A stretch of 63,214 nucleotides of DNA, filler included, from Reticulomyxa filosa (taxonomy: Eukaryota; Protista; Foraminifera): NCBI GenBank assembly GCA_000512085.1. It is 25 parts of 25 records of this genome, joined end to end, with 100 filler letters (N's around TTAATTAATTAA, not from the genome) between each part and the next. Parts side by side here need not be neighbours in the genome. Positions count along the whole stretch, not along the records: positions 14,665 to 19,595 come from ASPP01017828.1; positions 19,696 to 22,044 come from ASPP01035259.1; positions 22,145 to 25,176 come from ASPP01010286.1; positions 25,277 to 27,084 come from ASPP01000495.1; positions 27,185 to 28,359 come from ASPP01033946.1; positions 28,460 to 29,486 come from ASPP01026470.1; 19 more parts are not named here. One strand, written 5' to 3'. Made by a program: the position numbers and the translations under genes. Below, piece by piece: positions 15,876 to 28,632 of the stretch; position 1 is the stretch's first letter; each line of letters begins with the position of its first letter. The notes beneath the pieces are model-generated. The model was not told where the DNA came from. It did not search any database and saw only the letters and a program-made list of their open reading frames with translations.

Positions 15876-16120
15876 TTCTAGTTCATTCTCTGACGTTGAT
15901 AGTCTTTTTTTTCACTTGATCATGTCCACGTGTACATGGACTAAATTTTTGGATAGTTTTTCAACAATCCTTATAGCTATGTAACAGACGTCAAAAATTT
16001 ATTGGGTAAAAAATAAAAAAAATGCAACTAAAGTAGTAAAATTGTTCTTTTCAAGTAATATTTTTTTTTTATAGTGGTAAATTTTTTTTACAAGTAGTAA
16101 ATTTTTTGTGAACAAAATAG

Positions 16121-16351
16121 CTTTGTGAAGACTTTGACGGGAAAAACCATTAAGTTGGATGTGGAACCCAACGATACAATCTAAAACGTGAAAGCTAAAA
16201 TCCAAGACAAAGAATGTATTCATCATAAACAGCAGCGTTTGATCTTTGCTGGAAAGCAATTAGAAGACAGCAGCACTTTGAGTGCTTACAACATCCAAAA
16301 GGAAAGCACGTTGCATTTGGTTCTCCGTTTGCGAGGTGGAGCAATGCAAAT
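16121..16351 (+). pseudogene. Polyubiquitin pseudogene exon with Rhizaria-type Ala junction insertion
   Basis: [75 protein letters not shown]; in-frame TAA at 16182; flanked by an AG acceptor and a GTAAG donor. Confidence 0.93.
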
Positions 16352-16899
16352 GTAAGCAGTTATTTTTTATGCGTGAATTGTTTTTTTTTAATAAAACAAA
16401 AGTTCAATCAAAAACTAATAGCCAATGAGTGTAGAACTCACAAAAAGTTGCTACTGAATCAATACGTTCTCTTGATTAATTCGTAAAAAACTTTTGTCTG
16501 CATTCTGGTCCCATCTAATAACAAGAAAAAACCACGTCACCTAAGTTTTTTTATTATAAAAAAAATTCTCTGTAGATTTTTTCCACTCCAATAAATAAAA
16601 TATAACAACATTGTGGATAAAAAATGTTTTTTTTTTTATTGCTGCAATTGTCAATGACGTTTTCTGAAATGATGCAAGCTTAGTAGATTACATACAAAGT
16701 TTTTTTTTTCTATGGATTATTTATGAATCTAGTAATTGCCCAACAACCCGTTTTTTAAAAATTCCGGGATTACCCTCTGCACATAGACATGTGCCATGTC
16801 CGTTTGTAATCATGCACCAATAATGATTTTTTGCCAATTTAACAATGTCAAATGCACTGTAAAATACTTTTCAATTTGACTTTTTTTTAAAAGGATAAT

Positions 16900-17246
16900 T
16901 TGTGATACTTGGAGACCCACTACACATAGTACGTTGAAAAGTTTTGTATTTTCAAATTAAAGAATATCTGCTGGAGAGCATAAAAACAATGGTTCGAGGT
17001 TTGCACTGGGACGGATTTCAGGGAAATGAAAGTAAAGTTATCATTTTCAGCGCGGTTAGAGCCAACGAGATAGATGATGTAGGGTTTGTGATAGAAAGAG
17101 CTCGTGTCAATGTCACGCTGACAAGACCTAGGTCAGGGTTAATTGTTGTTGGCAATATACACACATTGTCCAAGAAATGCTGTGGGATAAATGGCTCGAA
17201 CAAGTTATTGTCAAAAATAAATCTTTTCTCGACAGCAGTATTTTAG
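16900..17246 (+). pseudogene. UPF1/DNA2-like SF1 helicase C-terminal remnant
   Basis: DGFQGNESKVIIFSAVRAN...VGFV...RVNVTLTRPRSGLIVVGN (motifs V/VI); a VILGDP remnant lies just upstream with the intervening sequence missing. Confidence 0.75.
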
Positions 17247-19009
17247 AACAAAATCATCTATCTTCCAATCGTTGAGGACGCTTTGTTGTTACTCTTTTAC
17301 TTGTTTTTTTTTGATTGGTGTCATATGGTAGAAGTTTTTTTTTCCCTTGTAAGTTAAACTGATCTTCAATTAGATGAATTTGAAATAATTTGAAACATTA
17401 ATTTCCGAAATGAATAAGTTTCTATTTGTAAAAAAAAAAAGCTTTTATCAAAAAATTTGTTTATGTGAACACGTTTATAAAAATTTTATTATTTTTGAAA
17501 GTTAGCCCATTGTTTGAGTTTTTCTTCACAGACAAAAACTGTTTTTTGTTCGTTTCTTTTTTTGTTAAATGTTTAACTGTTTTTTTATTTGTGTGACAAG
17601 TTGCATTGACAAGGAAAAGCCCGTATCCTAGTCATATGTTTTTAAATAATTGGTTTTTTTTGCGGAAATGCGGGTGAAATTGAGGTAACATATTATTTTC
17701 GTTAAATTGTTTTTTTCTTTGATGGGCATACTTTCCCTTACGACTGAGTCAAAGTGATAGATTATTTTTTCTGGCCCCATTGAGAAGCGATTTTTTAAAT
17801 AATTTTTTGTTCACGAAATTACAAAGTAAATAATAAAAACGAATAGGTCTACGCTGTTTCGAACAAACAGCGAATTTTTTCACAGCAAATATAGGTGAAA
17901 GCGTATTGTATGAATATCGACAATGATGCAAATAACAATAGGAATCACTTTACTTTTGAGTTATTTAGCATCAATTTTTCAAATCACAATCAACAAAACT
18001 ATTTTCAAACACTACAGATGTTGATTTATACTTTCCAAATGTTGTTTATATTTTGCACTTTGGAAAGTATTTCTTTAAAGTTTTTGGAAAATAGGATGAG
18101 TCAAGAGTGATATAAATGAATGAAAAACAAAATAAAAAAACAATGAAATATTGTTTTATCAAATCAGGATTGACAATTGGATATGTTGCACAAGCCTATA
18201 AATATGAACATATGTGTGTCAATGATGTTGTCTCTGATAAAATGTGTTAGGACACATCACGCCGAATATAAGTGAATGTACTGGTAAAGAAGAAGAAAAC
18301 AGTTAGGTCTTGAGCCTCCGTTGTAATATGTATGTCGTTAACGTAATTGTAACATCAATGTAAATGGAATATTTGTACTCCACAACTCAATTATTATTTT
18401 TTCATTCTTTTACTCGTATGCATGATCGAATGACACACACAAAATACAAAACAACAGATTGCACACGTGATAATGGATAAAATAAAAAAATTGACAAAGC
18501 AATGACTTTTTCGACAATGTCAAAAAAAGCTTACAAATGAAACCATCTTAAAAATAAGAAGAGAATGCACAAAAATATAAATTGTTGATTCACACTGTTG
18601 AATTAGATGAAGATTTGTAGCCACAATTGTGACAGACAAAAGGCTAGAACAAAGATGAAATATTTGAGAGTTTGAGAAAACAGGCAACAAAAATATTTAC
18701 GTGGTAAATTGACACACTTTTCAAGAATTTTTTTAGATATTGTTATTTTTTAAAAGCAATCTGATTTGTAATGCTGATCGAACGCTTTCTCTTTTTGGTT
18801 AGTAATTTTTCAGACTTAATCAAATATCTCACATAAGACCGGGTCTGTAGACTTGCAATTTTTTGGGAACAATCTTAAAATGAGAAAGTAATCAATAAAT
18901 TAAAAAAAGTGCATTTCCTTTCCGCTTTTTTCTGGCTTCTTTTGTTAAAAACGATTTAGACATATTTGATTAAAAAATAGACGTTTAGTTTTTGCAAATA
19001 GTTTGATTA

Positions 19010-19345
19010 GCAGGTGCAGTAACAAGCTCAGGAACGCACGCTCTTTTGAGTAGTTGCAAACATACAAAAAAGTGTAAGCGATATCTTCAGGCAATAATGG
19101 ACCATTTGGCAAACTTTTCGTCTAAGCAGTAAATTCATTAAAAATATAATTATCTTCTGTATTCTTCAAGTTGCTAAATCTATTTTTCCAGAGTAAGTTA
19201 CTAAAAAAAAAGCAATGCATCAACAAATTCCTTTACAAATTAGTAACATTGAAATTGAACAAACATAAAAAAAGAGTTGTGACATTGACTTGAAACATAT
19301 GCTTGAACGTCTTTACCAATGGTGCCAAAAGCAGTTTTACTAGCG
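19010..19345 (+). pseudogene. Possible COG6-like remnant
   Basis: Segments LQAIMDHLA and MLERLYQWCQKQF recall the COG6 IM..MA...ERLYRW.Q region; the match is short and stops are present. Confidence 0.3.
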
Positions 19346-19695
19346 CAGCAAACAAAAGCAATGCTGAAAGATTTCTTCAACGAGAGAATGCTCTATTGAT
19401 ACCAGTTGAATGTTACGTTCTTGACTGATTTTCAGCTCACATTTTAGACATTTAATAGATAAAGAAATGAAAAAAAAAAGGTTTTTAAAAAAAGAAAAGG
19501 TGCAAACAAATTTTAAAAAAAAAAGCAAAGGAAGGAAAAAGCGAAAAATAAAAAGTAAAATCAGGCGGCGCCTTCAGGCGCCGCCAGAACTTACTNNNNN
19601 NNNNNNNNNNNNNNNNNNNNNNNNNNNNNNNNNNNNNNNTTAATTAATTAANNNNNNNNNNNNNNNNNNNNNNNNNNNNNNNNNNNNNNNNNNNN

Positions 19696-20290
19696 CAGTT
19701 GGATTACTGCTTTTTTCACTTCCTCCATAAATATGCTCTGATTCATTTTTGTTATTATTTAGATGTAAATAAGATAAACAAAACAAAATATAAAATATAA
19801 AAATACGTGAATGGTTTTGGGGTGATGAAATTCTTTCATCCAATCAACCAATAAATTGCACATTTTTGTGTATCCTTTGTAATTTGAAGCTGCCAATAAA
19901 ACACCTTCTTTTACGTAATTTATAAATTCATCCTTGTTTCCCTAATCATTTCCAAAGTTATTTTTTTTGTTATTATTACCTTAGTTTGTTAAACATATAA
20001 TAAAAAACGAAAAAAAAAAACTCCTTAGGATTTGTTGGGAAAAAAAATGAAGCTTCTCTTGTCATTATGCAACAAACCTCACATTTTAAAGTTGCGTATT
20101 CTTTCACTATTGTAATGAAATTTTCGTCTAATACACTATCTGGTCTTGAAAGGCGGGCCTCGAAATCTTCGTTAGTTAACAACGCTTGTGACTCTTGCAT
20201 TTCATCACTCATTTCAACATCAGAATCATTATCCACTGCCATCCTCTCTACTCGATCTGAATCAAGTACTTCATCAGTTTCAATATCCAT
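19696..20290 (-). CDS. NELF-C/D (TH1)-like protein, N-terminal exons, truncated
   Basis: Exon 1 ...FEARLSRPDSVLDENFITIVKEYATLKCE; phase-0 exon 19941-19807 GNKDEFINYVKEGVLLAASNYKGYTKMCNLLVDWMKEF. This matches the TH1 pattern D.IME..I...L..Y...LLSENY...AQ..NLLAEW. Confidence 0.7.
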
Positions 20291-20559
20291 GTCAGTATTT
20301 TGATTGGGAGTTATATTATGCTTTTTTTTGTTTTAGGGACTTTTACAAAAAAAAAAAAAAAGCGTGCTGTTTTCAGCCGCTCAATGAGGTACCTACTTTC
20401 CATTGGAAATTATTGCTTTCTTTTATTTCTCAGTGGATTGTATGTGGAAAAAAAAGCAGTAAAGTAGTGTTTTAAACAAGGGGCAACCGAACAAAACTTT
20501 TCGACCAGTAGAAGATTCTGTGGAGATCGTGAAGAAATAGAAAGCAAGTATTAGTAAGA

Positions 20560-21300
20560 ATGGCAGAATCAGGAACACCGTCAGAAATGAAAGAGGATTC
20601 CTTGCCACCCTCTTCCTCAAGATCAAAGCACTTGACGACAGATTCATTGAGCACTCCTTTGCAAAAAAGCCGACGCAACTCATCGGTGCATTTAGAAATC
20701 CGCAAAGCATCCCTGATGGAGCAAGAGTCATTGTTAGACAAAGTGTTACAAGGCGACAGCATACCGGACAATGACAATGACCCAATGTCGGCATCGAATG
20801 AATTGGCAAGACAAAAAAGGCTACAAGTGGCTAAACTCATTGTCGAAATACTTACACAAAAATGCCGATAAAAGTGAATTGGCGAAATGGAAGCAACTGT
20901 ATGGCGATGATATTGTTGTTCGCTTTATTACGGTGTTCAATCTTCGAAATCCTGGTTCAAAAACAGAAGATGCGGAAGAAAACGATCTTGGCATGCTCAC
21001 TATCAAATTCCCTTTAGGTGACATGAACTTTGAATCGAGATTGAAAATTGTCAAAAAGACGTTGAATGAATCAAAAAAGAGTACTTCGGTAAGACTTTCG
21101 ATTTGATTAACTCCAATCTTTTATGCATGGGACGGAGCAAGTTATGTTGCAAAAGTTCTTGAAAAAGCATCCAGTAAATGTATTACTTTTTTATCCGATT
21201 TGAAAGGGCTTGTGCTGCCACTAGCTATTGGCACTAATGGTCTTATGTGGAGATTTTGTTGTGCCACAAATCCAACCTTTTCTCCTTTAACCTGTGGTAT
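20560..21300 (+). pseudogene. Wax ester synthase/DGAT (WS/DGAT) C-terminal-domain pseudogene
   Basis: VRFITVFNLR...NDLGMLTIKFPLGDMNFESRLKIVKKTLNESKKS, then a stop and FLSDLKGLVLPL (cf. SNVPGP..PL); frameshift near 20860. Confidence 0.6.
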
Positions 21301-22144
21301 TGCAAGCTTTGCAGGAAATATCTATGTTTCTTTGGCCAGTTCCTGATCACAACAAAAAAAAACTGGGAAAAGTTCGTTTACATTTCTTTCACTCCTTTGG
21401 TTCCAGTCTTTTTACTTGTTATTCTTGCAAGTGTCAAGAGTTCAACAAATTAACAACAAATTACAATCACATTTCATACATTTAAGAAAAATCCTACTGT
21501 TTTATCATTTTCAAATTCATTAAAAAAAAAGAAATTTAAAAAATTTGAGAGATTGAGTTACAAAACCTTATTCAATAGATAGTGATTTTTTAATCTTTCA
21601 GCTTTCTTCAGCTCAAAATGAAAAAAAAACTAACAAACATGGCCGCAACTGTAACGTGCTGCTTCTTTCATAAGCAATGATCAGAAATTAAAAAAACGGC
21701 AAACAACGAGATGAAAAAACAAGTGAAGGACTGCTTTCTTTGAGCAAATGATAGAAAAACCAATATTCTACAATTCGAATGTGACAATGCTAAACAATTG
21801 ATTATGTGCAATGTTCATTACGTATACAAAAAACCTAGTTTTGTGCTAATATTCTGTTGCACTTTTGCAGAGAAATACATTGGAGAAGGAGCTGTTTGAG
21901 AGTGAGTTCCATGTTGTGTAAAGTTGGCTTGTTGGATTGTTTGAAGAGAGAAGAGACAAACCACATTTGCAGAAGCAGAACTTTTTGAAAAAAAGAAAAA
22001 CTTTGTAGTGCAATGCCCTACTAATTACAGTAGAAGCTTCATATNNNNNNNNNNNNNNNNNNNNNNNNNNNNNNNNNNNNNNNNNNNNTTAATTAATTAA
22101 NNNNNNNNNNNNNNNNNNNNNNNNNNNNNNNNNNNNNNNNNNNN

Positions 22145-22682
22145 AAGAAGCACGTATACATAAGTGCAAGTTATACGTGCATGCTTTATCACAAATATAT
22201 ACATTTGTACATGCGTCCACAAAAACGATATTACAAGAAACATTGGAAGAAAAAAAAAAAAAAAAATTGACTAAACGCTCAATTTGAGAGGTGTTACATT
22301 GGAGATGAAAGAATGTCTTTCGAAATTTGGCGATACGAAACACTGAGCAAAAACCACTGTTTTGGTACATAAACGTCCAAGAATTGGGCTGTTCGGGCAC
22401 AGGAGATACGCTGGGATCCCATCTGCCAATGATCTTGCACTTTTCCCCTTCTTGCACTGCCATGCCAGTATCTTCACTGTCTGAACATTTATATCTGTTT
22501 CCACATGGAGTCCAAAAATATCTAGCATTGGCACCATTGTATGTCAGAGTTTGATCCGATATGCTGGACATATCCAGTGTCACGTCTTCACAAGTGTAGC
22601 GGCAGTTTGACTCGTACACACACGAAAGCGAATATGCTGTGTGAGCCAACAGCCAAGAGATAACGACAGAAATAAGCAACAT
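22145..22682 (-). CDS. Secretory-pathway protein with an MRH (mannose-6-phosphate receptor homology/ATG27-like) domain, truncated
   Basis: Signal peptide; LDMSSI...RYFWTPCG...C...AVQ...CKIIGRW...WTFMYQNSGFC pattern. Confidence 0.6.
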
Positions 22683-23118
22683 TCTTATTTTTACTTTTAT
22701 TGAATCAAATTACGTTCTTAAAAAAAACAACAGCAACTTAAGTTGTAAGAAACGCTCCCTTGCTTGAACTTTTTTTTCTCCCTTTGCGTCTCGTCCCGTC
22801 TTTTTTTTCATTCGTTCAAAAGTTTTCTAATCTAAGCAAAGCAGCTCCTCTTTCACAAAGATAGGTTCCAACGCTTTTATTTTGTTCTTCTTTTGAAAAA
22901 ATTCACAGAGTTTATTTGTGGAGATACGACCAAAAAAAAAAAAGGAAAGAAAAGATCTTGGTGAGACATCTTGGCATATTTTTCCAAACTAGGAAATCAT
23001 ACTTATATTAAATGACGCACCTTCTTACAATTTGTCTTTGTCTAGACTTTAAAAAAAAAAAAGCAGGGTTTCGGCTGTTGTAAAAAAAAAAAAAAAAAAA
23101 TTGAATTGAGAAAAGCAA

Positions 23119-23635
23119 ATGAGCAGTGAGGATTTGTATGATCTGTTCGTGGCAGAGACTGGCCACCCACCAAAATCAGTGTTTCAATTAATTTCGTACA
23201 GTCGTAATAAAAGTGGGAATGGACCATTGTCGTTGGAGGAAGCAACGAAGATAATTGAGGAGCACAATGGGGGGAGTAGCGAAGCGAGTAAGAAGGAGGA
23301 GAAGAGTGACGACAAGAAAAAGAAGGGGTCTAGTACTGAGACATCAGCAACAGAAGACGAGAACAAAAGTGCATCAAAAGCACGAGGAGCTGCAAACACG
23401 ACGCAAGCGTCATCCGAGCCAAAAAAAGCAGGGGCCAAAGCAGGCGCAGGTACAGGTACAGGTACAGCGGCAACGGGATCAAAGAATGCGACAACCCGTA
23501 CAGGCACAGGAACCACAACAAACAAGAAGGACAAAGATAAAGACACAGCCACTACAAATGCAAGCAGTGCCAAATCTACTGTCCCAAAGTCTCCCAAGCA
23601 AGGTGACAATAAGCCGAAAACCAACACTACCAAAA

Positions 23636-23676
<41 letters not shown>

Positions 23677-25176
23677 ACAACGGCAGCCAATGGGAACACA
23701 GCAAGTGCAAAGAAAACAGGAGGGAATGCACCCAAGTCTCCAAATGCAAAAAAGCCGACAGACGCTAGCAACGGCGCAAACAAAGCGACGACGACGACGA
23801 CGAAGACCTCATCCACTGCCGCAGCAAGCGGTGACAACTCAGGCAACACCTTGACAGTGAAGGGAAACAAACCCACGACTGCGACAGCCGCCAAAACAAA
23901 CGCTGCAAAGACAAATGCCAATGGCAAGTCCACGGCCACCACCTCATCTGCAACAAACAAGGACAAGGCAAAAGATAATAAAGACAAAGATAAAGATAAA
24001 GCGGAGGACAAGACAACAGCTGCAAAGACAACAACTGCAAAAACAACCGCCAAAACGCCGAAAGCCAATACCGTGACATCACCCAAAAACAAACCGGAAG
24101 AAAAAAATAATGGTAATGAAGATGACAATGAAAACGAGGATGACAATGCCAATGATAAGAATAAGGATAAGAATAATAATAAGAATAAGAATAATGATAA
24201 GAATAATAATAATAATAATAATAAGGGTAAGGACGCAACCAAAACCGGAGCTAAGAAGGCTAATACTAACAATACCAATACCAACAATACCAATACTACG
24301 ACAAATGTGACTGCCAAAGCAAAAGAAAAAGATAAGGAAAAAGAAAAAGGAAAAGAAAAACAAAAGGCTGCGGAGGAGGAGAAGGAGAAGGAGGAAGAAG
24401 AGGAAGAGGAGGAAGAAGAGGAAGAGGAAGAGGAAGAGGAGACCAGAACAATGGAAAAGCAGGATATATTGAGATCCGAAAGAGCAAGTCCAAAAGACAC
24501 CAAGCCAACGCAAACAAACAAGCCGGCCAACGACAAGTCCGTCAAGTCTCCACCTGCGTCCTCGAGCGAGACCAAATTAGTGATCAGTCCGACCGCGACA
24601 GGGATCAAACTCCAAGACATGACTAGTGACTCAGACAAAGACAAAGATAAAGATAAAGATAAATATAACGATGCAAATACCGAATCTCCAAAGTCGGGGT
24701 CAGGGTCAGGGTCGACGCCAAGCAAAGACAAGAAAGAAGGGCCGTACGTAGTTGGCGATTTGGTTCTGTTGAATGGCGATCGAAAAGGATACGTACGGTT
24801 CATAGGGCCGGTCGAGTTTGCCAGCGGCATATATTACGGCATCGAGTTGACCGACGGCAGTGTCGGCATTCACGACGGGACGGTGAATGACGTGCAGTAC
24901 TTCCAAGCGCCGTACAAGCGTGGGTTATTTGTGAAAGAAGACCGCATTCGACGAAGAGTGACGGATAGAGATTTGAAGAACTCGTTTGCCGAGAGGCGAA
25001 AAGAGAGTTTGGAAGTCATCGAACACGCAAAACTGCAGCATATAGCTCTCGCTGCCCCCACCTCTGGCACCGATGATCAACAAGTCGCCTTGGGTATCAT
25101 TTCCGAGACTGCCACTGGCACAACTGCAAATGAGCCACTATCAACAAATGACCCCTCCGCCATTGCAAATGACGAA
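23119..25176 (+). CDS. CAP-Gly domain protein with a very long T/A/K/N/E low-complexity linker, truncated
   Basis: YVVGDLVLLNGDRKGYVRFIGPVEFASGIYYGIELTDGSVGIHDGTVNDVQYFQAPYKRGLFVK; single ORF of about 686 codons up to the spacer. Confidence 0.9.
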
Positions 25177-26525
25177 NNNNNNNNNNNNNNNNNNNNNNNN
25201 NNNNNNNNNNNNNNNNNNNNTTAATTAATTAANNNNNNNNNNNNNNNNNNNNNNNNNNNNNNNNNNNNNNNNNNNNTTGAATAGTCAAATTTTTTAAAAC
25301 AAAAAACAACAAAATGATTATTTTGATTTACTAAATTGATCAATCTCTGAACTTCATTTTTGTTGATAACTAAGCTAAATTTTTTTTACATCTTTTTTGT
25401 GACGAAAATTAAGTATTTTTTTTCATTGAATTAATTAAATATCATTTTCTATTCAAATTGAAATACAGCACCAAATACATAAATCTTTTCTTTGTCAAGA
25501 GATATTTTCTTTGGATGTATGACGTTTTATATCATTTGTAAAATTACCGGAAATGCAATATAATAATGATAAAATATTTACCCTTTTATGAAAAAAACCA
25601 TAATATAAAACAAGTACTTTATGACCATTTTGAAGTTATTATCTTTTTTTTTTGTCCAGGCTCGATCTCTTTCCCAATCAAGTGAATGTCATATCTCATA
25701 CTTGATAAGGTAAACTATCCATATTTGTCCATTTTTGATTTGATCTTGCATTCAAATGACGGAAATCAAACGTTATTTCATAGCTTTGTGAAACTTTTTG
25801 TAATATAGTTACTGCAATGCAGAATTACGTTCTCTAGTGGTCGAGAATATAAAAATAAGTTCATACAACCCTGACAACTTGTGCTAGTCATATCCGTTGG
25901 ATGGTTCTTTGTAATACCGCATTTACTGGACACCAGGCACAGTTAAGTATTTGATCTCATCGACGTAAAAAGGGCACTACGGCAAGGCGCTAACTCTTCT
26001 GCCCGTTGGACGTCTCAGTTATAATGAATTGATATTCAAATACGTTCCAAAAGTTAATCGATATGTCAAAGGAAACCTATTCGATGCTAGCACATATACA
26101 TATGTATATATAAATATTGTTTGTTGAATTGGCTTTTTATTTGCAAAGCTTTTCCCTTTTTTAATTCAATATTCAAAATTAATTTATTTTTTTAAACGAA
26201 AAAAGGGGCAAACATCTTAATTTTATTCACTTATTTCAATAATTTGCTTGCAATCATTTTGATTGAAAGATATAAATTATTTTGGTAAGCTTTATTCCCA
26301 TAAGAAAGACAACAATGAAATAGGCCAAATGAAGTTTGTTGTGAGAACAACATGATCAAAAATACAATCAATTTTTGTTTTGGATTGCATAAGCATTGGG
26401 ACATCTCACAGCTTTTTTTCAAAAAAAAAAAGGGGTTGAGTTCTGTAAGAACTCTAAAGGAAAAAAACAAGCAAAAAAAACCAGAACACAACCATTTCAG
26501 AGCCAAAACAAGTAGCAAAAGCAGA

Positions 26526-27004
26526 TCAGAAGTAAAAGATTTGACGAATATCTTCAATAGCGGAGTCACACAGCGGGCATTTGCCTTCTTCTTGCTCTTT
26601 ATATTCAGCAGCGCAGTCTCCACACAAGCAGACATGATGACAAGGGATAATCATATGATCACGAGGCGGCTCATAGCAAACCAAGCACTCATCGTTGCTT
26701 TGTTGCGTTTCTTCAAATGTTTTCATTTTGTCAAAGGTTTCCACGTCCAAATTCAATTTTTGCAATGCCTTTTTTTTAAATGTTGAGTGTATATTATATT
26801 ATGCCATCGGAAAGATTAGAGTTGAAGTCTGTCAATTGTCCTACAAACACATCACACAGACACACTTGTTTGTGATCGTCTTCCGTCAAGTTTCTTTGAG
26901 CGCGATAGGCATCAATTCTCTGCACTTCTGTGGCGTTGATGCGAGGATCGGAAATGATACCACGCAAATATTCTGTGTATAACAACATGGCATTTTCTTT
27001 GGCC
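26526..27004 (-). CDS. C-terminal C3HC4 RING E3 ligase (IAP/MGRN-type RING), 3' exons
   Basis: ECLVCYEPPRDHMIIPCHHVCLCGDCA...KCPLCDSAIEDIRQIFYF*. Confidence 0.88.
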
Positions 27005-27184
27005 TATACATATACACAATATATGTAAATATATATGTACATATATTTATATTTTAAAGACTGAACATTGCTAAAAAAAAAAAANNNNNNNNNNNNNNNN
27101 NNNNNNNNNNNNNNNNNNNNNNNNNNNNTTAATTAATTAANNNNNNNNNNNNNNNNNNNNNNNNNNNNNNNNNNNNNNNNNNNN

Positions 27185-27560
27185 TCTCCATAATCTCCTT
27201 TGATCACAAACAATTCACTTTTATTTGATCGAATATCCCAAAAACGAATTGTATTATCATATGATCCAGAACAAATGAATTAACAATCATTAAATGCTGA
27301 ATAATCAATATTCGACACAGTCCTTGTATGTCCAGTGAATGTATTGATTAATTTGGATGATGATCGAAATGTGTCAAACATGAAAACAGTAGCTGCCTAT
27401 GTTAAATAAATATTTGAATATTTTGATTAGTATTAAAAAAAGAAAGAACAAATGAACTAACATAATTGATAACGAGTTTATCAAAATCTTTGATCCATCC
27501 TAATTTAATGTTTAATGTTCGAATCCAGTGATAAATAATTGTTTGGATCTCTTCTTCTTT
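27185..27560 (-). pseudogene. WD40-repeat pseudogene fragment
   Basis: KLGWIKDFDKLVINY...SSSKLINTFTGHTRTVSNIDYSAFNDC*FICSGSYDNTIRFWDIRSNK; TAA at 27280-27282. Confidence 0.8.
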
Positions 27561-28632
27561 TGACTAATCATAAAGCAAAATGAGAAACAATATGAAGAAA
27601 AACGTAAAAAAAACAACTTAAACAAAACTTTCATTACTAAGTTAAAGTCTTCTTTTTTTTCTTGAGATGATTTTGATGCAAAGATGATGAAAAAGATGCT
27701 TTTCAAATTTTTTTTTAAGCTCACGAAGGGTCAATAAATTATATGTTGATTTAATCAACCCCTTTTTTCTTTTAAGTTTTTTAAATCAAAAACCGAAGTC
27801 TGATTTAGAAATTGTTTGCAAGTGGATCTACTCTAATTTTAAAAAATTAGATGAAAAATTTGATTAAAATTGACTCTTCTGAGTACAAATAATTTTAAAT
27901 TAATTGATGAATACATATAATTTATGCAATTACATAGCAGTTTTAATGTTTTATTAAAAATCTTTGAAATATTGCCATTTTCGTTGAATCTTTTTAAAGA
28001 ATACAATGATAAATATAGAAAAGGTTTGAAAGACAGACAGCAAAGTAATTCAATCAATAAATGTGCTTTGAAAAAAATTGGATTGGATTATATTTTATGA
28101 TTCTTTATAAAAATTTTACTCAATCAATAGTGGATAAGAGTATTGGTGACTTTCATCAACAAAGCATATATCGCAAAACCCATTTAACACAACACATTCA
28201 ATTCTTTTCATTTCCAAAAAAATGTTTTTCAATACATTTTTATCTATTGAAATATTTCATAGTGTTAAAATTATTCATTGAATGGTTTGAAAGTGTTTTT
28301 TTACATAATATGAATTTAGCTTTTGTCGTGAGTCAAATAAAGGGCAAATCAGTTGGCTANNNNNNNNNNNNNNNNNNNNNNNNNNNNNNNNNNNNNNNNN
28401 NNNTTAATTAATTAANNNNNNNNNNNNNNNNNNNNNNNNNNNNNNNNNNNNNNNNNNNNATTAATATTTAAAACATCTTAATTACTTGATTGAAGCTCTT
28501 TATCATAAAAAGGACAATGTTGTCATCTGCTTCTCTATTAGATGATCTTTGCTATATGAAGAGCTAAATTCCAGAGACTCACAAGGTTCCTTTTTTTTTT
28601 GCCATTCAATTTTGAATGTACAAATTTTCAAA

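Noticed and set aside
16182-16184. Alternative genetic code (TAA/TAG = Gln), suggested by TAA at probable Gln positions in ubiquitin and WD40
   Set aside because: Intact genes end in TAA (kinase, GT34), a TAG falls at a conserved Trp in WRAP73, and the affected loci carry other lesions. Pseudogenisation explains them better.
23184-24830. 548-aa antisense ORF and other overlapping ORFs
   Set aside because: These are shadows of the low-complexity CAP-Gly gene; its repetitive codons rarely create stops on the opposite strand.
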